Positions 13,801 to 27,073 of a stretch of 64,000 nucleotides of DNA are shown piece after piece; the stretch's first letter is position 1, and each line of letters starts with the position of its first letter. Both the position numbers and the translations under genes were made by a program. The DNA comes from Psilocybe cubensis. Taxonomy: Eukaryota. The stretch is from NCBI GenBank assembly GCA_017499595.2, contig CM038999.1, positions 62,001-126,000 of the forward strand, in the 5' to 3' direction. The notes below the pieces were generated by a model. The model did no database searches. It had not been told where the DNA came from and was given only the letters and a program-made list of their open reading frames with translations.

Positions 13801-14063
13801 TAGGTGTTCCAATGGAAGGAAAGTATACAGAAGGATGCAGGCCTGCTTCCATATGCGGATTCCAGGGTTTAGCTACATCCCCATCCGACAACCTGTGTTA
13901 CCTACTGATTCAACATCAAATATACATACTCGCCTACAATATGCAAAGACATCATGATCTAAACTACCTCCCCAACCTTCTCGTCTGCTGGAACCTCACT
14001 GCGTAGTATGGGTGCTATGGTACATTAGACACCACGTATTGCCGCCCGAACGTGGAATCCAAT

Positions 14064-14243
14064 CCTAACCAGCTAAATATTTAATTGTAATTACCAACCC
14101 TAACCAATGCTAACCAACCCTAACCGGACTAATCTGTGCTTTTGTGGTATATCAAATCCCAACCAACCCTAAAACCTAAACCCTAAACCATCCTAATATG
14201 TATTTTTGTGGTCACCACCAACCCTAAACCATAAACCCTAACC
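14064..14243. repeat. Interstitial telomere-like (CCCTAA/CCCTAAA) motifs within ~60-bp tandem units
   Basis: Repeated CCAACCCTAA(A)CC alternating with CTAAT.TGTG/TA.TTTTGTGGT. Confidence 0.65.
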
Positions 14244-17200
14244 AGCGCTAATATGTGCTTTGTGGTGTAGCTGTTACAATTGTTGTAGCACAAATCTCAT
14301 GCAGATTGCACTTATTGCAATCTTTAAAACACATTCACCTTGTATTCGTTCAAACATTTTAATAGAATTGGAACACAACACACAATGAGACACAGGTACA
14401 TGCTAAATAATCCAGTTCTCAAGTTCTGAAATCGTGATACAGATTGCAAGTTCTTAGAATAACCCAAAGCACGAATATCAAGAATCTGTCAAACCATCTC
14501 CAAAGCTCCATGGCTTGGGAACCTCTCCAGCAGACCTTGCACATTTATAAGGGTCCCGGGTGCCTTGTTCGACGACGGCAACAACTTTGAAGATGCTAAA
14601 CGGAAGGTGAGTATGTCTGATGTTGTGCATAGAATGGATGCTAATACAGCTTGAATGTCTACTGCAGTACTGCCACACTTACCCAACCGCTATGTCCATG
14701 TCTAAAGCGCGCCAGAGGAGGTCCAGGGCACAACATACTCCGGGAACTGTCGATGTGAGGGAAAGCTTGAAAAACGAGGGTGAGTTGCGCCCACTTTTAC
14801 ACAGAAAACACGTACTGACCTGTTACCTTGTCCTGCACACCGCAGACGTCGAGAAGAGACATATTGCAAACCCCATTGACATGTTTACTAAGAACGCAGG
14901 TAAGCAACACTGTCCAATACATAAAAAAAGAGCTGACATACCCGAAATGCGATTGCATGCGCAGACAATGCCTCCAGAGCTCACTATGGCCATGTCCTGC
15001 TGTCGAGCAGACCTTGCACGTTGAAAACAGACCCCGCCGCGCAGAGAGAAATGCTAGAAGCTAGGGTGAGTACCAACTCACCTGGTGATATACATGATAC
15101 TAACACCCCATTCACATCGATTTCCTTCAATTCAACTTCGGCTCCATAGGCTGTACACTAGCTCAAACCCGCAACGTTGAAATCTGTGCCATAACAAGCG
15201 GCGTATTGCTTAACGAACCAAAATACCGCTCCGGGGACAAAGGTGAAAAAAACAAGATGTTTATTCGGGAGATGAAACCAACGTAACACGGTACGTACAC
15301 AGTGTATATAAAAGGCCCACGTACCGTTGCTGGATTCCTCATCCCCTCATCCCTCTCTCTCTCTTCTCATCCAATGCACAGTGCGTCACTCGTCCATGCC
15401 GCGTGTTGCTGCAGTGCACTAACCATTCTTCTTGCAGACCGACGACGCCGACCGTCTAGCCACACAGCGTGAGTGGCAGGTTTTGCAATATTGGGAAAGA
15501 CGGGCACTGACGCACCAACCCAACCTAGGCCGGGTCCTCTGCTGGCCTGCACGTCCACTGTGACCTCCACCTTGTCTGCCGCTGCATGGCCGTCGGCGTG
15601 CTGGACTTGATAGCATGGACATCCGATGGAGCGCCCGACGAGTACGCGGTCCACAGGGACGCAGAGTGAGTGTCAGGCCTTTTTGCGTTGGGACAAACGG
15701 TTGACGCACCATCGCAGCCACATCTGACGAAGCACTGTCAACTGTACCGAGGACCGTGTAGCGAGTTGGATGGGTTGATGGGATTGTGTGGCCATGCAAG
15801 ACGAGAGAATTTGTGGTTGGGCGGTAAGAGAGTGTGTGGGCTCAATGGTGAGCGGAGAGAGAAGGGATCTGGGAGTAGATTTCGTGTTGGAGAGGGTCAT
15901 GAAGTTCTATGATAAAGATTAAGTATCGGTTGAACATTGAGAATAATTAACACTCACCTATCATTGTAGATTGACTCCTCCACAAGTCTCCCATAGGTGC
16001 CCGCCGTATGGTCACTCCCATATCAACTCTTACACATATCCACCCCACCCACGCCCACACCTATCTCATCAAAATCCTCATCGTATCGCTTTGGGTAGAG
16101 CAGTCAAATGGTGGAGGAGGCGGACGTGGAGGAGATGAAAGGAATCAAGACGAGCAGCAACTCGTTAGAGAGATGCGAGTGTTGGCAAGTAGCACTGGGC
16201 GTGTACATTGTACGCATTGGTTGCAAACTGTGAAAAGAGGGTTGTCAGCTCTCTCGGGTTGCATTTGATCAAAACGCACGGTTCTAGTCAGTTCTTTTCA
16301 TTACTTCCTGTCCAAACACAATGCAGAGATTCCTCCATTGTTGGTGTTCTTTCCATGCACCGCAAGTTGTCAGTGATGGTGTTGACGGCAGCCATGGTTG
16401 TAGTGAAAAGCAAGAGGTGACGCCTCCATATTTGTTCTTGTTGTGCATCAAGTGGAGGTGTCACGTTGGATTGAATGCATAATTGTAAGCGATATTAGAG
16501 GACGTACCAGACGAGATACAATTATGCAGACATTCAGATAAAGATCTAGATACCACATACAGATAATGGGCGAGGCGTGGTCCGCACAGAGAATAATAAT
16601 ACACAGAAAAAGACACATAGACATACAACCAATCCGCCAGCCACACAAACGGGTACGGAGACTTAAAGCCAGATAGAGAGGTGACTACACAGTCCTATGT
16701 TTGAGTTCAAGTCCGTGTCTGAAGCGAAGTCAGAGTCAGATTTCAATTCAAAAGCAACGTCATTATAGTCGTGCACCGATCGAGAACACATTCCAGTAAA
16801 CCCATCATCAAAATCTCCCGCAACGTAGCCCGCACTCGCGCCAAGCCGCATCCTGGAACCCTCAGACCCATGCACCAGCGCACGTCACAAGCCTCGCTGT
16901 AGTCCGGGGGTCATGGACCACTTTTTCCTTCCTTGATTTCGACAGCGTACTTTGATGGGTGAGGTGGGTTTAGGACAGACAACGTGTAGGCGATTTTAAT
17001 AGAGATGTACCGATGGTGATGATGGAAAGCATGGAGATTAGTGGATAAAGATAGAGAGTAAGACAATGTTTACTCGCTCATATTCACACATGCAAACACT
17101 CACCGGCACCTCTTACAAAAATCCCTCTTTAAACCCATCATACACATTTCTACACCCCGCGCCGCGCACTGGTGCACGTACTGGAACACCACTGTTCATC

Positions 17201-17486
17201 GGACTCAGAAGCAGACGTGTCTACACACCACTTCCCATCGAATCCGTCGTCAACATGGAGGCCGATGCCTACACGCGCATACAGTCCGTCAACGTTGATG
17301 GTAGGGAGTCTTGCCACCCTCGCTATATATCCTCCGCCTACTCGTGGGTTTATGTGTTATGACGAAAGCGAGACGGGTAGATAGACACAACAAGAAAGAG
17401 AAAAAGGAAAAGAGGGTAGAGTGAACACTTGCGAAAACCAACAAAAAGAAAGATAGAGAAGTAAAAGAAAGAAACATAAAACTCAC

Positions 17487-17985
17487 GGATCACTGCTCGT
17501 CCCACCCCGATCCTTGCCCAACAAATTATCACACCCAACAGCCCTCACACAAAGGAGCACAATTGGAAGCTCGCCCTCACGGGGCGCAAGCCCCGCACTC
17601 TCCTCCCTCCCCCCTCTCCTCCCCCTCCTTCCTGCTCCTCCTGCTCCTCCCGCCCCACCTCCACCTCCAACCCCACCACCATCTCCACCCCCGGTACCCG
17701 CACTCCCTTTCCTCCCCATCATACCCAACCCGCCCAACCCAACAGCAGGAGCCTTACCCAACCCCAACCCTGACTTCATACCCATCCCGCGCAACTTGAG
17801 GCCGCTGGTTGGGACGCGTGTTTGATTTTGGTTTTTTTAGGGGTCGTTTGGGTGCTCGGGGTGGTGGTGTTTGCGCTCGAGGGTGCGGTTAAAGCTGTTG
17901 TGTTTGGGCTTGAGGTGTTCAGAGTGGTAGAGGCGGTGGTAGAGGTGGTGGCACCAAGATACCCAGGAATAGGCGTACTCGTCAT
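17487..17985 (-). pseudogene. 5' fragment of a C2-domain gene resembling fungal phosphatidylserine decarboxylase Psd2
   Basis: Translation ends GELPIVLLCVRAVGCDNLLGKDRGGTSSDP followed by a GTGAGT donor (17486), matching the start of a C2 domain (L.V....NL..KD..G.SDP). Frameshift near 17810-17840 and no recognisable downstream C2 exons. Psd2 assignment is from memory of the family only. Confidence 0.5.
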
Positions 17986-18627
17986 AGGCGGTGTGAAACC
18001 CGACCCGTCCGCATCTCCATCTCCATCTGTATCTGTTGCCGTCGTTGTCGTTAATGTTGTAGAGGACGCTGAGGCGGTGGATGTGGTGGATATTGTTGAG
18101 CCCGATGTGTCTGAGTGGTATAGTGGTGGGCGGGGGAGCGGTGTTGTGTGTGGTGTTGCGGTTGGTTGGGGTTAGGTGGTGTGTTGGACATGATGTGTGT
18201 GCAAAGGGTGTGTTTGTGGTTGTTTGCGACGATGACGTGTGTGTGGTCGTGGTTGTGGACAACGAGCGATGTGGCAAGTGAGAGTGTAAATGTGGCGATG
18301 TTGTCGATGGCGCCGTCAAAGTCAAGTCGAAGCTAAAGACATTGATGGTGGTGGTGGTAGTGACAGTTTGAATGTGACAAACAGTGACAAAGGTGTTTAT
18401 GGCACAATGAAAGGCTGCAGCGCGGGGATGACGGCGCAACGACACGCAGCAGAATGCGTGTCGTTGTGGGCGGCAAGTGAAGGCGGCAGCGGCAGCGGTG
18501 GGGAGGCGGCAGCGGCAGCAGCGGCCCGGGGGTGGCGGCGCAACGACACGCAGCGGCAAGCGCAGGCGTCGGGCAGGCAGCGAGCGCAAGCGTCGGGACG
18601 GCAAGCGCAGGCGTTGGGAAACAGGCG

Positions 18628-18838
18628 GGAGGCCGGCCTCCACTCATGCGTACGATGCGCGTACGAATCGAGGCCGGCCTCAGGTGGCCTCGACACGTTT
18701 ATTTCTAGACGGAGGCCGGCCTCCAGTGCCTGTCAAAAATTATTTTTAGACGGAGGCCGGCCTCCAGTGCCTGTCAAAATTTATTTTTAGACAGAGGCCG
18801 GCCTCCAGTGACCTCCATCAATTTGGAGGCCGGCCTCC
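18628..18838. repeat. Array of six (G)GAGGCCGGCCTC(C) palindromes, part in a ~41-bp tandem unit; probable transposon subterminal region
   Basis: Palindromes at 18628, 18670, 18711, 18752, 18794, 18825. Unit TAGACGGAGGCCGGCCTCCAGTGCCTGTCAAAA(A)TTATTTT repeated. Confidence 0.8.
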
Positions 18839-19165
18839 ATAAATTACATGTTTAATTATGTAGCACCTCCGTATGTACAAAATAAAATATTTTGAAAATG
18901 GATTTGGGGGTTTTTGAGGTCGAGGAATCCGAATCTGGCATCAGATTTCCGGAATTCTGAACAGGAGGCCCAATGCAAAGAAGGCCCCCCCTTCGGGGGG
19001 GAATAAGCCTAGGTAAAATGGCTATATATGGACCTGATGAGCCTTATAAAAAGGCGAAAAAGTGGAAGGGAGCTTCTCCATGCCCCCACTTTTGTCCACA
19101 AGCCTTAGGCCATCCAGCCTTTTCTAACCAACTTGCAGCTCGCTTCGCTCGCTGCTCGTTGGGCA

Positions 19166-19198
19166 CCCTAAACCCTAACCCCTAAACCCTAAAACCCT
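19166..19198. repeat. Short interstitial telomere-like tract
   Basis: CCCTAAACCCTAACCCCTAAACCCTAAAACCCT. Confidence 0.7.
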
Positions 19199-22100
19199 GG
19201 CTTTATGCCCAATCGTTTATAATGTCCGCTGGATCGAAGATTTCTGTGCAAGCCAAAGCAGTTGTTGAAGTTCCTGAGTAAAAACGCTCGTACATCAGTG
19301 GGACACAACAAGAACAAACAACGCAACGTCAGCTCTTACTTTTCCACCACCACCCACGACGAGTCGGCACGCAGGGCAAAGGAGCCAACGACGAAGGAAG
19401 AGGCTACTTCCCTGCTGTTAGAAGGGTTTATCATTCTACGGGCAGTGCAAGCATCAAGCACACGAGGGTGAGTTTTTTACCTTTCGAATACGTCGAACGA
19501 GCTCCCACCGGTTCCTCGCTCTCTTACACCTCTACCCCCACCGCCTTTTGCATCAGCTCATTTTCCTTTTACCCAACCTGCCATCATACTCACTCGCAAT
19601 TGCAGTAGATATCAACCTCCTAAATGACCGTGCAGCACCCCCGCATATTTAACGTCCATCCGCAACCCACCACTCTCCCGCCCGATTCCTTAATGACGCA
19701 AAGTACCCCCACACTCCTCCCTTTACTCGGCTTGCCAGTATCCTGGATGTCATGTTGATCTAGATTCCCAGGATTTTCCGGGGGCAGTTTGTTACCCATT
19801 TTGATATTCAGCTTAATGCAGTCTTTGACACCCCCTCAATGGCTCTGCGAGCGTATGCTAACCTTGTGTGGGGCATGGGGGGAGTGTGCTGAGGGACCCA
19901 AGCCCGCTATCTGACACCGAGTAAAGGTTTTCCCCAACGTTTCGTATGGCGGTGGGTTACAACACGGTGCGTCTGCCTCTACCCTACTCCTTCTACCGCC
20001 GCCTTCATGTTTTCTCCATACTATCCCTCCTAGATTAATCAGTTATAAGTCTACCAACTCCCCCTCTTCTACTAGTACCACCCTCGCCCTCGCCATTGAC
20101 TATTGATGACTCGATATACAACGAAAAGCGACCAACGACGGAGGGGTATGAGAGGCATTGCGCCAAGGGCACTGCTCTGTAGTCCGAAGGGAAGAAGGAG
20201 ATAAGCTTGTTAGATTCGTACAAGATGTTAATTGACAGTGCAAGGAGGAAGAGCGCAAGCCTAGCGGCACCTCCTTGTTCGTACCCCTCCCTTCGCACAA
20301 CTTTGGTAAGAGCCATATTACCACCGCTCCACATCTATCCCGCACCTGAACGAGTCGCAGCCACACCGTTTTTACCATTCATAATCGTTCGAATTGGATA
20401 CTTGAGGTTCCCAGACTTTGCGACGCTCCCCACCTCATTTTACCTGTTCGCTGGATCGTGCGGTACAAGACTCAGGTGTGCTAGTGAGTTCGAGTTCCTG
20501 CCCTTCTCAGAGCTCACACCGGTACTGACTATTTTTGTAATGTTTACCGTACGTTATGATCTGCCTCCCCCATTCCCACTTTACATTGATGTCAAGGATA
20601 AAGACAGAGCACACATACGCTTGCCGACTAAATTCACGCTGACTTTGAGCTGTCCACCACCACCATCACTCTGTCCCCATTCCCATTTCCATTCCCCTTT
20701 GCGTCTGCTTCGTCCTCTACAAACCCTATAGCATCGCACTATCGACCCGTGGTTTTAAACAAGGAAAAGAACAAGACTTTGCTTGGGGCATCGATACACG
20801 GCACAGGCAGTGGGTAGATCACCAGAACGTGGACGATTGGGAAGAAGAGGATCCTGTACGATAGAATCCATGGACTCGATTTCCGCGCATATATGCACCT
20901 CTACGCTGAAGCTCAGTACACATGTGTATGGCTTTTAGTTGCGGTATGATGTGTAGAAGGAGATGTGATTGATTCCGTTGTGAAGGTGGGTTTAGGGTTA
21001 CAATGGTTTTCAAGTGATTGGTCCGACTCGCTTCCCACTGCGTAATGCAACTTCCTCGTGGATGCCATCCGCATCCGTGCTGTACTAGTGCGTGCACCAT
21101 CATTCACTGCTTGCTTCTCGGATCACGAAGCACCGTATTGCCTGTGACGCCTCTGCATAACGAGGAACGCGGTGTGCACGTTCTCTGTGCAGTTTCTTGA
21201 AGTAATCTTGGGTTTAAACCTTGGTGTAGTCCTTCATCATTGTCGCCGACTCCCTTACTGTCGCTGTTCGGCTGTGTGTGGGACTGGTTGACTGGCTTGG
21301 TAGTTTGGTGTGATCTGCGTGTCAGTCAACACGGACGCATCTCTAGGACCAAGAACCTTGAAGCTTTCACTCGGACTCGGAAATGGGTACAGACCTTGTA
21401 TTGCCGCTGTCGTCGTTGACTCTATGGCTGGCTTCGACTCTCTGTGTATCTGGATAACTGAAATAGTTTCTTCTCTTGCATCCGAACATCTGGGTGGGCG
21501 TCTATGCACCGAACGCTGGCCGTAAATACCCTGAGGCTTGCTCCCCCCACACTGGTTCTGTAACACAGCTGGGCTTTTCCACCACAACGCGAAGCGTGGC
21601 AGGGGATTGTATCTGTTCGCCTTTTGGTAATTCAAACTTGTTCTGGGTTGGTGTCTGTGTGTCTGGTTGGCTGGTCGTTGGCGTGCCTGCTCGCCTGCTC
21701 GTCCGGTGATGGATGATGGGTGATGTTCAAGTGTTCGTCATCATGCTCTGAATCTGATCATCTTGCCAGCAGTCTGTCGAGTCATGGTATCTCCCACAGA
21801 ACACAATTTATGGCGGATTAGGAGGCTTCTGGTACCGAATAAGTATTGCATTGCGCACGTACTCAATAAACACGGATATAGGCGGAACAATAAGTTTAAA
21901 CTACTCAGACGACAACTAGGACTCGAGATGCTCAGCAAAGCGGCCAACAAAAATGGAGGAAAAGAGACCGTGTGACATATTTTCCATGATGTTATTGGAT
22001 GAGAGGTTTGAAGGAGGAGGTGCTGTAGAATATGACATGCACAGTGAGCAGCCCAGCGAGCTTCCTATACCAGATGACGACTATAACGACTGTGTCAGAC

Positions 22101-23211
22101 CAGTCTCTATTGCCCCCCAGTTCAAACTCACAGTGTACGTTTAACGTTCGTACGTACACGCACAACGGTATCTCTCAATTCCTTCTGTCCCCGTCGATTG
22201 CGATCTCCACTACTCCCGAACGAACAAACGTCGAACGTGGCAACAATAGCACTGTAATTGCACTCCCAACGCCACCAGCTTTCGCCTCATTCTCTCTCCC
22301 CGTCTTACATGTAGGCTTGATCGCATGCCTCAAGACAGTGCTCACAGACCCATACCCATTTGCCACGCAGTACATGTACTTGAATCATTCGAAGGATGGT
22401 AGAGTATAGCAGAGTTCACGCTCGCTCGTCATCTTCTTCCACCCCGCTAAATCGCTGGACTGTAATATTACCGTCTACCTCGCTCTGCGTTAGACGGTTC
22501 TCGTCAACTATGCTCTGTTCCCCTGCAATTCACTTTACAAGACCTACATCCAGTTTCCCCAATCGCATCCAATACGTGTACGTGCTTTCTCGTGGCCACA
22601 AATAGCAGACTACCGCTTCCTTTCAATGCTTCCCACTACTGTCCCACTGCCACCACCTCCATTTGTCTGTACCACTCTCGAACGAGCGGTGACCACACAA
22701 TGATTTACAATTCACAGGCTTCGAGTATCCGCAGCAGGGGGAAATTATTGTTTCCGCCAGCGCATCTAGTCGCAATTCGGAAAGCCCTATATAAACAACC
22801 TTACTTGCTCACCGTCCAGTGCAGGCTAACTCGTATTGAAGCATTGAACTCACCGTCATTCAGGAAGCTTCCAGATAGGTGCGTAGGTAACAATTCGCCC
22901 CATCCTCATTCCTTTTAATGATCACCGCTCGTAAATCATTTCACTTTGATTCACCGCTACATCTCATATCTCCTGATGCACTTGAACATCAACTCTGAGC
23001 TGGAGTTTTGACTTTGTATCTTCACGAAGACGACTTGTTCTCGCTGGAACGACGGAAATAACAATCTTGTTTGGTGAAAACTCTCCTCTGGTTTGCATTG
23101 ATATCCACTGTTACTGTAATTACAATAAGCCATATTTATATTACAGATTGCGAGACCGAGAGCAAAGTACCATCATATGCAAGGTGGGAACGACGAAAAG
23201 TCCGGGTCTTA

Positions 23212-26200
23212 TTAGACGGGCTGGTATACCACCAGCGCAGTGCACTCATCGGTGACTCCGGGATGGGAAAGCAGGATATCGACCACAGATTGGTGTCCAA
23301 TTCTCCGCGCCCATTCCAATGCTGTATAGCCATTGCAATATCGCAAATTTACGTTGATCGCGGGAATTGTCAGGAGGCGTCTTACGACCTCAGTGTGTCC
23401 ATTCCAAGATGCGCATACCAATGCTGTCAATCCACGTTTTGCTGCTCGGAAATTGACATTCACAGCTGGGAAACCAAGAAGCGCATCCACAACTGAAATG
23501 TGGCCCCGGTCCGAAGCATAGATAAGAGCTGTATATCCGTCAATATCTTGTGCATTAACATCTATACCAGGCATTGATAAAAGACGTTTTGCAATGTCAG
23601 CATGGCCATTCCAGGATGCAAACATGAGCGCTGTTTTCCCGCGATTGGTTTCGATATTAACCTCCACCCCTTGGAAACCAAGGATAGCATCCACGATATA
23701 ATCGTAACCGTTATACGAAGCATATATGAGAGCCGTCCATCCGTCATTAAACTGTGTATTGACGTTTGTTTCAGTGACAGAGAGAAGGCAATTGGCAATG
23801 CTAAGGTTAGCATTGCTTAATGCCCATGCAAGTGCTGTATCTCCACATTTGTTTTGGATATTCACGTTCACTTCTGGGAATTCAAGAATTGCTTCCACAA
23901 CAGAACAGTTGCTATTTTTTGAAGCGTGCAGAAGAGCGGTGCATCCATCGTCACATTGTGTATTGACCTTTATATTCGGCACGGACAATAGGCGCATAAC
24001 AATTTCAGGATATCCATTTTCAGATGCCCATAAAAGTGCTGTCTCGCCGACGCTATTTTGGATGTTTACATCCACGTCCGGAATACGAAGGATAGCTTCC
24101 ACGACGGAACAGTGACCATATATCAAAGCAACCATGAGAGCTGTATATCCATTTGGGCCTTGTGCATTTACATTTATTGCCGGGATGGTCAGCAGGCGCT
24201 CAACAATGTCAATATGACCATTGCGTAATGCCCATAACAGTGCTGTTTCTCCAACCTTGTTTTGTACATTTACATCCACGTCCGGAAAAGCAAGAATTGT
24301 GTCCACAATAGAACGATGACCATTGTGGGAAACATTCATCAGAGCAGTCCATCCGTCATTATCTTGTATGTTAATCTGGATTCCCTGTACCAACAGCAGG
24401 CGCTGAACAATTTCAATGTGTCCATTGCCTGATGCCCATGAAAACACGGTGTCTCCATGCGTATTTTGGATATTTACATCCACCTCCGGACAACCAAGAA
24501 TGACGTCCACAATGGAATAGTGAGCATTTTGGGAAGCACGCATGAGAGCCGTCCATCCTTCGTTATCTTGTGTATTAATCATTATTCCCGGGACGGACAG
24601 CAGGCGCTTAACAACGTCAAGGTGGTTATTTCTTGACGCCCATAAAAGTGCTGTGCCTCCACATTTTGTTTGGGTATTTACATCCACCTTGAAAAAGCCA
24701 AGAATGATGTCCACAACAGAACAGTGACCACATTTTGAAGCAGCTATCAGAGCTGACCAGCCTTGGTGATCTTGTATGTCAACCTTTATTCCCCTGACGG
24801 ATAACAGGTGCTCAACGATGTCTAGATGTCCATTGTCTAGTGCCCATAAAATCGCCGTGTCTCCGAGTGTGGTCTGAAGATTTGAATCCACCTCTCCGAA
24901 TTCAAGGAGAGCGTCTACAGTAGAAAGATGACCGTGGTACGAAGCATACATCAGAGCTGTCCATCCATTGGAATTTTGCATATTAACCTTTATTCCTGGG
25001 ATGAATAGGAGACGCTTGACGATTTCAACATGACCATTTTCTGATGCCCATGAAAGTGCTGTTTCTCCGACATTGGTTTGGATATTGACATCTACATCTG
25101 GAAAGGCAAGAATGATCTCCACAGTCGAATAGTGACCCCATCTCGAAGCATGCATAAGAGCCGTTGTTCCATAGCAATCTCCTCTATTAACATCAATTTC
25201 AGAAACTGTTAAAAGATGCTCCAGCACATCAGCATGACCTTTCCCGGCGGCGAACATGAGCGCTGTAATTCCACTGCACTTGAAACACGTGTTTCTGAGG
25301 TCCATCCCTGTTAAGAACGAATCCACAACTGAATTATCATTGCTTCCACCAGTATACGTGGCCAATGTGTAGCTGGGCTCGTTTCCCAGATTGACGTCAA
25401 TTCCAGGTACTGTTAGAAGATGTTTGACGACCTCTGTATGTCCTGCACATGACGCGAGCATCAGCGGTGTCATTCCTTCTGCATGTTCGATGTGTTTTTC
25501 TGGCGAATATCGCAATTGCCTACGAATGAACTCGTACAACCGATCTGATCCTACCATATACACATTGGGATTGATGTTTCCAGATGCCAAGAGGGTGTTC
25601 ACAATAGGAACATGGCTTTTAATGGTAGCACAGGCAAGCGCCATGGTACCCTGACCGTTTGAGATATCCACCTTGATGCTAGAAATAGGGAGAAGAGCCT
25701 TCACAATGTCATTATGGCCACGAACTATTGCAACGGAAAGTGGCGTATTCCCGCTTCTGTCCTTCATATTGGTTACTAGTCCTGGAAACTCTAGCAGCGC
25801 TTCAAGAATTCCCATAGAGTTCTTTGCTGCAGCAAGTAGAAGTGGACTGTGTCCATTGCAGTCTTGGGAATTGACGTTAATTCCTGGTGCCTGGAGCAAG
25901 AGAATGGCTACATCTGTGCGATCCTTTAAGCAAGCATACAGAAGTGGAGTGCGTCCATTTACGTCCGTGGCGTTGATATCGATATTTGGACATGCAAGCA
26001 GGGCACAGACGGCGTCGACGTGACCCATATGGGAGGCATACATGAGGGCAGTAGTGCCTTTGACATCCTGTAAGTTTGGATTTATTCTACTGGTCGAAAT
26101 GAGGGCCTGAATGACATCGACATGTCCAAGGATGGAGGAGTACATTAACGCTGACAGACCCCTTTTGTTGCACAAATTGGGATTGGTGTCTTTGCGCAGA

Positions 26201-26239
26201 GTAAGCATACTGATAATCGACTTGCGGCCTTCCTTGCAG
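23212..26239 (-). CDS. Ankyrin-repeat array (3' part of the NLR, ~27 repeats of 34 aa)
   Basis: Uninterrupted ~1000-codon frame of G.TAL..AS..GH..V..LL..P..DVN.Q repeats. The ORF-track N-terminus (MPRVCL...) is LTR sequence. Confidence 0.92.
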
Positions 26240-27054
26240 TGATAAGGCTCGCAAATGAGCAGGTGTAGAAAACGCGCACTAAGGCAGACGCGCGGCACTC
26301 CAGTCTAAAAATAGCGCATACCAACCACATGGGCCGAGCGCACGGCATCAGCCGGCGTTGACTTGGCAGACACAGACTCGCGAAATAAGTGTACCGCACC
26401 GGGAAAATAAGTTGAGCAGGGACTCGTATCAACACATAAACCCAGAAAACATGGGCGCACTGTTGCCTGCAACGACCCCCGTATGAAACGAGACATATAC
26501 GCCAGGCTAGAAGTCTAACCGTGAGGAGAAATGCAGGAAAAGACGACGGACTCACGCTCTGCCCTGCCCAAGCGCCTAAACATTAAACCTGTAATTATCA
26601 CCCGCACTTCCAGCATTGGGTACCGAGCACAAACGTGTGCAATCACGCACTGGTGCGGATCAATGTGGGCGCGCACGGACGCGCCTCAAAGCATATAAAA
26701 GCCAGCCTAAGAAAGCAGAGGAGGGCAAGTAATCCCCGTGAGAGCTTCTATTGAGTAAAACGAGCTTGCCTTGCATTGCTTAGAAAAGATTGTGCACAGT
26801 TGTTTTGAGCATTGAGCCAGCATTGAACGCTGTTTGATAAAAATTTGATAAATCGGCATTGCATTGAAACAACTTGGAGCCTATTGCACGAAACTACCTA
26901 AATCGTAGATACTCATAATCTAAAAAAATATCGTAAAAACCTAAATATACGCTTATCCCTCCGAACTCAAAACCTCACTCACCAAATAACAAATTTGGTG
27001 AAGTTAGTGTGTGAAATCGAGTCATTCCAGACTCGCACTACACGAACCACTTCA
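26240..27054 (+). repeat. LTR 1 (815 bp)
   Basis: TGATAAGG...CCACTTCA; TATAAAA at 26694-26700; appears identical to LTR2 and LTR3. Confidence 0.96.
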
Positions 27055-27056
27055 TC

Positions 27057-27073
27057 TGGAGCCCACCGCGAGG
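27057..27073 (+). promoter_or_regulatory. Primer binding site (probably tRNA-Lys)
   Basis: TGGAGCCCACCGCGAGG, 2 nt after the LTR; TGG pairs with tRNA CCA. Lys identity inferred from the GGGCU-CCA 3' end of fungal tRNA-Lys. Second copy 36334-36350. Confidence 0.75.

Noticed and set aside
11500-16900. Scattered ORFs and splice-like signals, including a duplicated NVQGLL peptide (~14540 and ~15015)
   Set aside because: No consistent exon chain or recognisable domain could be built.
17837-18790. Long overlapping ORFs on both strands
   Set aside because: Low-complexity GC-rich sequence that lacks stops by composition.
18700-18840. CRISPR-like palindromic repeats with spacers
   Set aside because: Eukaryotic context, spacers are near-identical rather than unique, and no cas genes.
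19220-22900. ORF fragments suggestive of a decayed gene or transposase
   Set aside because: Multiple stops and no diagnostic motif.
26240-26298. ORF-track start MPRVCL... of the 1028-aa ankyrin ORF
   Set aside because: Lies inside LTR1 and uses GTG; the real upstream coding sequence is at 45609 and beyond.
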